NCBI RefSeq assembly: GCF_009914755.1
Contig: NC_060931.1
Strand: one strand, 5' to 3'
From: the human T2T-CHM13v2.0 reference genome, Homo sapiens
DNA: 64,000 nucleotides
This document shows positions 47,521 to 64,000 of the stretch, piece by piece. Below the pieces are notes generated by a model that was not told the origin of the DNA, searched no databases, and worked only from the letters and a program-made list of their open reading frames with translations. The position numbers and the translations under genes are program-made. Position 1 is the first letter of the stretch. The number at the start of each line of letters is the position of its first letter.

Positions 47521-50500
47521 GCCCCACAGGAGCTCACTGTCCTGCAGGAGAGGAGCAGACCCACGTCCAAGAAGATGATTGTATCTTTTCGTGGCTCTTC
47601 TCTGAGAAATGAAGCCACACCACGATACAGTCTTGAAGAGGAAGCTGGGAATGGGAGATGGCAACAATCCCTGTCACGGGAACGCTGGCCTCTCTGGACA
47701 AGCCACCGGTTCAGCACCCCTCCCCTTGTGCCCGTGGAGGTGGCAAAGTGCTGTATCCTACCTGGGCTCTGGCCCCTGCTCTGTCCTCCCTCTTGCTCTG
47801 TCTCCCGTTTCTGAGGGGCCTAGATGCATCTAGGTCTGGCTGAATGTCTTCAACAAAGATCACTTTCCAGTCCATCAGGGAGACACTTGGCGGACATGCG
47901 CATCACGATTTTTTCTCTCTCCCAACCTGTTTCTGCTTGATTGGGCTGGTTGGATGACCCTGGAGAGCTTGACTTCCATAGGTTTCTCAGACAGGCAAGC
48001 TACCTTCGTCTCCATGTTTCACCTCATTGGTTGGTGGATTGCCTAGAATGAGCAGCAGGCCACTGTGACCAGCCTAGTCTAAAACAGGCAGTGTCACATT
48101 TCATCTGCACTTCCAGTCTCATTATTGAGAAACATTCCCTCCTCTGCTTCTGGGTGGACTGACTCCCTGAATCTTTTGGCCTCCTGGATCCAGGTGTTCT
48201 TCAATATTCCTTGGCATTGATGCAAAGGTCACTTGTGCCCCCCTTCCACCTGGCACATGCCTGAACACCATCTTGTGTTTCGCCATCACCCCATATGCCT
48301 TCAGTGACACACATTCACACCATCTGCTCTGGGATACGCCAGTGCCACGCATGTTGGAATTGACTCCACTTTGGAATTGCCCTTGTCCCTGTTTGCATGT
48401 GCCCTGGAAAGAGGTATCAGCTTGCAAGCGCCCCAGAGCTTTTACAAGTGGGGCAGGCGACTGCTCTTTCAAAGGAGGAGGGAGGCAGAGGGCTCATGGG
48501 TCAGTGATTTTTCTGCTGACACCACACCTTGAGGCCCATGTGATCATTCTGCCCTGCAATGAGGCCCTTCCTTTCTCAGCAGATGTGGTGAGTCCATCCT
48601 TCTTCACCCGGAGGGGTCCAAAATCAGATCTTAAGAGGGGTCTTCAGATGCCAGCAGGTGCCCTGAAGCTCTCCCTCCACCGGTGGAAGTCAGCTCAAGG
48701 AAGTCTTTAAGACAGGACTCCTCGGGATTTGGCCCTGGGACCACCGCGGCCCTCTCTCCCCTGCCGCCCCCTACTGGAACCTGCATCCTGCCATCGCCGC
48801 GGCTGCAACAGGATTCTCCCTGCCACTGTGCAGTCGCCATTGTTTAAAGGGGCCACAGCCTGTCTTCCAGGAGCACAACGTGAGTAGGCCCAGCAAATGC
48901 CTATCCGCGAGGCTCTAGCTGATTCTCTCATCACATTGATTTCCATGGTTCTTAGAATCCAGCCCCTGAGGCTTGGCAAAGCAGGAGTTCTCTGTGGCCC
49001 TGCTTCCTTGTTGGGGCTCTGAGCCTCCAGCCTGACTCGCAAGGGTTTTAACACCCTTCCCATCCTCAGCTGCCTCTTTGCTAGGATCAAGACGACCACA
49101 ACCCAACCAAGGACAAAGGCCTCACAGGTGCTCATTGTCCACCCCCAGGAGGGTGCCCACAGACCTTGAAGAAGACGGTTTTCACTCCTCTTGCACTTTG
49201 CCCTCATTCAGAAATCCAGGAACAGTTCGACACGGCGACAGAAAAGGAAGCCAGCAACGGGATGCAGCAAGCATTTCTGTCACCCAAACGCTGGCCTTCC
49301 TGGCCAAGTCACCCGCTTGACACTTTTTCCCGGATGCCCATGATGGTGGCTTTGTGCCGTATCCTGCCTGGGCGCTGGCCTCTACTCTGTCCTCCCTCTT
49401 GCTCTGTCTGCCCAGGCTCTGGGAATCCTAGAGCCTTCTTAGTCTGGCTCAACATCTTCAACAAAGAACACTTCCCAGTCCATCAGGGAGAAATTTCTTT
49501 GGGGTCCGTTTCATGATTGCTTCCCTCTGCAAAACCTATTTCTGGATGATTGGGCAGGTGTGATGATCCTGGAGCTCTGGGCTTCCATACCTGTCTTGGA
49601 CAGCAAAGCTCCCTTGGTCTCCATGTCCAAAGTGATGGCTGTGTAGTCGGTCCAGGAAGAGCAGGAGGTGACCTGACCGTGGCTGACCTTTGTTTTCTAG
49701 GAAAGGCGGTGTTGCATCCCACCTGTACTTCTCTCTCATTCCTGAGGGCCATCTGGTTGCTCTGCTCCTGGGGAGAGTGCCTTCAAGCACTGAATCTTTT
49801 GGCTGCCACGAATGTCAGGGAACCGAGAGGACTGGGTTTTGCTGGGTGCAGGGGAGTTGGCATCAGAGGTACCTACCCACTGGCAGGATTGGGGTGGGAT
49901 GTACTTTGTGGAAATCTCTGGGCCCCTCAGGCAGGCATCCCTGAATGTGGCTTGGACTCGGGCACAGGCCCTGTCTCGCAGGTTTTTAGGTGTGCTTGGC
50001 TTTTCCTCAGCTTTATGTGGGAGGTCCTAGTGGCCCACAGGCACACACTTGGACGTCACTGTCTGTCTCGGCATCACCCCATATGGCCTCAAGAGACACA
50101 CGCTCATTCCGTCTGCTCTTGGGTGACATCAGTGCCACTCGTGGTCACATTGGCTCCATCTCGGACTTGCCTCTTTCTCTCTTTGCACATGTGGCAGAAA
50201 GAAGTTTCGGGATGCCAGAGCCCCGGGCCTTGGAGATAAAGGCAGGCCACTGCTCCACCCAGGAAGGAGGGAGGCAGTGGGCTCATAGGTCATTGCATTT
50301 TCAGCCTACAGTACGCCTTACGGCCCTTGGGATCTTTCTGTGCCCCAGCGAGACCCTTCCCGCCTCACTACATTGTAACCCCATTTCTGATCCCCCTTTC
50401 GGATCCATAATCAGATCAGAAGAGGAGTCCGGAGAGCCCAGCGGCACCCTGAAGCTCCTCCTCCACCAGGAACTGAAGCAGAAGACGGATCGAGAAGGTC

Positions 50501-51035
50501 CTGACGACAGGACTCCTATGGGTCCAACCCTGGGTCTCCTGCAGGCCCCCTCCTAGTACCCTTCCCACCCGCCGCCTCGGACTGTACCACCGCCCCAGTC
50601 CCCGCAGTCAGCTGTGTTGCAGCCATGTTTTAAAGGGTCCGCAGCCTGACTCTCCAGAGCAAGGGCAGAGTCGGCCTCGCCAGCGCGCATGCGCGAGGTC
50701 CGAGCCACAGCTTTGGTAACAGTGTCCAGCACTGCTGCCCAGAAATAGGTTCCTGAGACTTGGCAAAGTAGGAGCCTTGTGTGATAGTGCGTCAGAGTCG
50801 AGACTGAGAGCAGTCCTGGCCAGGGTGTTAACAGGATGGTCTCCAGTGACCGGTATTCTCGGAGGGTCGACAACCAGGAAGAAACCTCAGGAGCAAGAAA
50901 CCTCAGGCAGATCGCAGGGGAGGCAGCGCGAGATCCCAGCCTCAGGCCAGGATTTGCGGAGGGTTGATGAGGCCCCTCTCCCAATCTTCACTTCACCAGC
51001 CACCGCCCGAGTCCCCGCAGCCGCCGCTCCGCCAT

Positions 51036-51180
51036 CATTTATTTTATCATTTTTTTAATAGTCGGAATCTCACCCTGTCACCCAGTCTGGAGTGCAGTGG
51101 CGGGATCTCAGCTCACTGCAAACTCTGCCGCCTGGGTTCAAATGATTCTCTTGCCTCCGCCTCGCGAGTACCTGGGATTA
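51036..51180 (-). mobile_element. Alu right-arm fragment inside SST1 unit B4
   Basis: ctgtcacccagtctggagtgcagtggcgggatctcagctcactgca...gagtacctgggatta. Confidence 0.85.
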
Positions 51181-52541
51181 GAGGGATTAATCAGAGTCGA
51201 GGCTAAGACCAGTCCTGGCCAGGGCATCAACAGGATGATCTCTGGAGGCCGGGATTCACGGAGGGTCGTCCAAGAGGAAGAAACCGCTGGCGGAGGGCAG
51301 GAGAAGCAGGGCGGGATCCCAGCCTCAGGACTGCATGGACGGTGTGCCAGTGAGTATCTTCAAAAAAGGAGAGGTTTGCTTGTGTGCCCATGAGCTGCTC
51401 TCTCATTGGTGGGTCGTAGTTGCAGAGAGCAGAACACAGCAGCTTCAGGGGCTGCCTGGGGGTGGGTGTTACCGTGCCACTGCCCTATGTCTTTGTGCGT
51501 TTGTGTGTGTGCGTAAGTCTCTCTCTTATTTCTCTCTCTCTCCTTTCTCGCTCTTTCACTCTGTGCCCGTCTGTGTGTGCGTGTGTGTGTTGGGACACAT
51601 GTGCCCTGTGTGCCAGAGGGCGGTATCTTGTACGTCGGCCTTTCTTCTGGTCACCCTCTCCCCGCGTCTCTGCCTTTGTCTTGAGGCCATTTGTCAGTCG
51701 TTTTTCCGGTGGTTCCAGTTTGGGTTTGTGAAGGTCTGGAAGAGGTGGGGAGCTGCGTCTATCTCATAAGGATTTAAATCACCTCCCCACCCTGAGAGGC
51801 CTCTTTTCTAGGATTAAGGCCTCCACCCCCGAGCCAAGGATAAAAGCCTCACCGGAGAGTTCATTGTCTACCTGCAGGAGCTGTGTAGAGTGACCTCAAA
51901 AAATATAGTTCTCATTTGTCTCTGTCTTTCATCTCCTTAAGAAATCTAGCCACAGGGTAACACAGGTTTTGAGAGGATGGGAACGGGACATGGCAAGGAT
52001 CTGTGAGTGTGCAGACTGTGTTTCACATATCATTAAACATAGTCTAGTGAGGGTTCTGCAGATAGCTGGCATTTAGGTTTGTTTTATTGAATCAAGGAAA
52101 AGAAAAAATGCCAAGAAAAAATGATACAACTTGCCTGCCAGCCCATCTGATTGTTACCAATTTAATAGTAATTTTAATTTATCTTCTCATGTAAAGGTCC
52201 TTGGCAGTGATACCTAATTTCCTAAGATAGCCTTCTTTTATTTCATATGATTAAGATATCATGCATATCAGAGAATCTGGAAATTCTTCCCAATGCCGTC
52301 GACATACATGATTAATCACATTACCAAAATAACATACCAAAACAAACAACAGAAAATTATTTGTTACTTAGTTCCTTCAACTTTGTTTATCTAATTTGTG
52401 GTTCCTTCATGCACAAAACATTTCATGTGTGTCTGGCACTCTTCTGGTCACAAATTTCATCTTAAATAACCTAAGTATTGAAACGGTTGTGCCCTTTGAT
52501 TGATTTTTCCTACATAAATACTTGGATAAAAAGCTACATTG

Positions 52542-57400
<4,859 letters not shown>

Positions 57401-57627
57401 AACGTTTCAATCTGAGGCTCTTGGGAGAGGGCAGAGTTAGAGCCAGATGGAAGAGTTGTGGGGAGAGGAGTGGGTGGAGGGAACATGGAGAAAGTTTCAG
57501 GCGGTGTCTTTATTCCTGGCACCTTACTTTGCCTACTGGAGTTTCCCAGTCTGTTCCAGACGCACTCTCTAGACCCTGAGGGGGCTTGAGGAAGCATGTT
57601 AGTTGGCAGTGTGGTGGAGATGGAGTG

Positions 57628-59030
<1,403 letters not shown>

Positions 59031-59254
59031 AGTCATGTACTCAGGTTGCTAAGATCGATGGTAAGAACAAATCCTCTAGTGGAGAAAATGTAAGAAGGAA
59101 AAAGAAATTTCTGTTAGTCTTGTTTGTTGTACCCCATGCTCTAAAAAGTACAGCCACATGTGTGATAAGTACTTAGTTAAGATGAAAAAGGCATTAAATT
59201 TGTGCATGGAAATCATAAACAGAAATGCACTCTGATTGACAGCAATTGGGTCAA

Positions 59255-59332
59255 TGCTATCCAAGGTTCAGGCATCCACTGCTCTGCGGGTCTTAGATCA
59301 CATCTCCTGCAGATAAGGGAGGGCTACTATAT
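59255..59332 (+). mobile_element. MER2 (TcMar-Tigger) end fragment
   Basis: ttcaggcatccactg...ggtcttagatcacatctcctgcagataagggagggctacta. Confidence 0.65.
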
Positions 59333-59697
59333 AACGTTTCTTTCTTTTTTTCTTTAATTATAAAGCATTCTCCTTTTTTATATAACAATTTGCCATTGAT
59401 ATCACTTTAGGTATAAAGATATTAGGATATCTTTATAGTATATAAAAAGCTAACTCATTATTTGTAAGAGTTAAAGTATCTTCCATTATATGAGCATTTA
59501 AAATGTTAAAGTACTTTTGCCATCAAAAATAGTGCTTCTGTAAATATTCTTTTACTTATACCTTTATTAATTTTTACTTCTGCTGAAACAAATTGCATGA
59601 GGAAACAAATGTATGTGTATAAAATGTAATATATGTATATATATTTAACGTGTATATACAACTTAATATATACACATACATACAATAACATACCCAA

Positions 59698-60411
<714 letters not shown>

Positions 60412-60441
60412 CTACTCATTTCCTACATACTCACTATCACT

Positions 60442-60860
60442 TGTGTGCAGTCAAGGAAACTTAGTAGGCCTGAATTGCCCAAACCTGGCATACTCCAAAG
60501 AATGGTGTGACTCTAGCCCAGCTCCTAAAGTTTGATTGAATAATGATAGCATTGGTACACATTCACCTTGGCCTGTCTTAAGATTCAGAAACTTTCCAAG
60601 ACTCTAGAGAAATCTTTCCAGACTCTAGACCCAAGTTAAAGATTAGATGTTGATTGAATGAAACAGTCCTGCTTGTAGGTGCAATCTCACATGGAGCTTA
60701 AGATGTATATAAGCACTAGAAAAAAAAACTTGTAACTTTGAGTTGATCTGGTGAGTTACCTGGTGCTTCTCCCTGTAAATGGCTGCAGAAATAAACTTCC
60801 TTCTTTCCCAGTCTGTCTGTGTCTTGTTATTGAACAATTGCGATGGACCTGCCCAGCAAA
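60442..60860 (+). mobile_element. Solo ERV LTR (family uncertain)
   Basis: TG start, TATATAAG at ~60706, AATAAA at ~60790 followed by a pyrimidine-rich U5-like tract. Confidence 0.55.
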
Positions 60861-61179
60861 GTCCTCTTTTGTGTGGTTATCTGAGACTCCTTTTGGAGGG
60901 AACATTTTAAATTTTCCATTTCAAAGCATTCTGTTGGCACTCTTACACTGTTTTTCTCTGCCTACCTGGGACCTGAGTTCTCCCAGATGTGAATCTCCAG
61001 CCACAGAGCCTAGAAGCCCATTCCTCTACATTCTGTGACTGTTCCCCAAACACAGGGAGAATTTGCAGAAAATAAGCCCAAAAATCTTGCCATTCTTTGC
61101 AATAAAACCCCACATTACAAACTGCTGAAAACAGGATTTTAGCCTGAATAGGTTTTTCCTCTATTTGAAACCCTTTACA

Positions 61180-64000
<2,821 letters not shown>

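Larger units (their letters stand above)
43073..52010. repeat. SST1/MER22(NBL2)-family macrosatellite, four units (B1 43073-45453, B2 45454-47672, B3 47673-49278, B4 49279-~52010)
   Basis: Marker gtcac..(g/a)aacgctggcc at 43073, 45454, ~47673 and ~49279. CpG-rich core with GCGCATGCGC and TG/CT tracts repeated in the units. Confidence 0.88.

Noticed and set aside
43527-49516. Similarity of SST1 peptides to FAM90A (K..GLLQA) or FRG2 (HSEIQE..D)
   Set aside because: Only 5-7 residue matches from memory; not significant without a profile search.
45993-50556. Long plus-strand ORFs (237, 229, 188 aa) in SST1
   Set aside because: GC-rich antisense frames of the repeat, not consistently open across units and lacking supporting promoter or splice geometry.

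Overview
Human genomic DNA (it carries a near-perfect, human-specific AluYb8) with no intact protein-coding gene. It has four zones. (1) 1-~17.4 kb: AT-rich, Alu-poor DNA of old repeats: a decayed LTR33-flanked ERVL provirus with integrase/dUTPase remnants, L1M, L2, MIR, THE1B, LTR16 and nested MER4/MER57 elements. (2) ~17.4-26.1 kb: an abruptly Alu-dense block with a ~290-bp pure-AT tract. (3) 26.1-52.0 kb: a satellite mosaic in which ancient monomeric alpha satellite without CENP-B boxes (26.1-34.9 and 39.2-43.1 kb) alternates with two different subtypes of the SST1/MER22(NBL2)-family macrosatellite (34.9-39.2 and 43.1-52.0 kb). The SST1 units carry FAM27D/E-like reading frames and a minus-strand NRF1-CCAAT-GC-TATA promoter with splice sites. 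(4) 52-64 kb: Alu-rich DNA with a ~6.6-kb-offset duplication containing a minus-strand promoter and a chain of putative small exons. Best leads: SST1 units look like fossil spliced Pol II genes; a 34-bp templated insertion sits at the alpha-satellite junction; there is relic 6-mer higher-order structure in the 'monomeric' alpha; and the micro-exon gene fragment is duplicated. Repeat names come from recalled consensus sequences, not a database search, and coordinates of old repeats are approximate.
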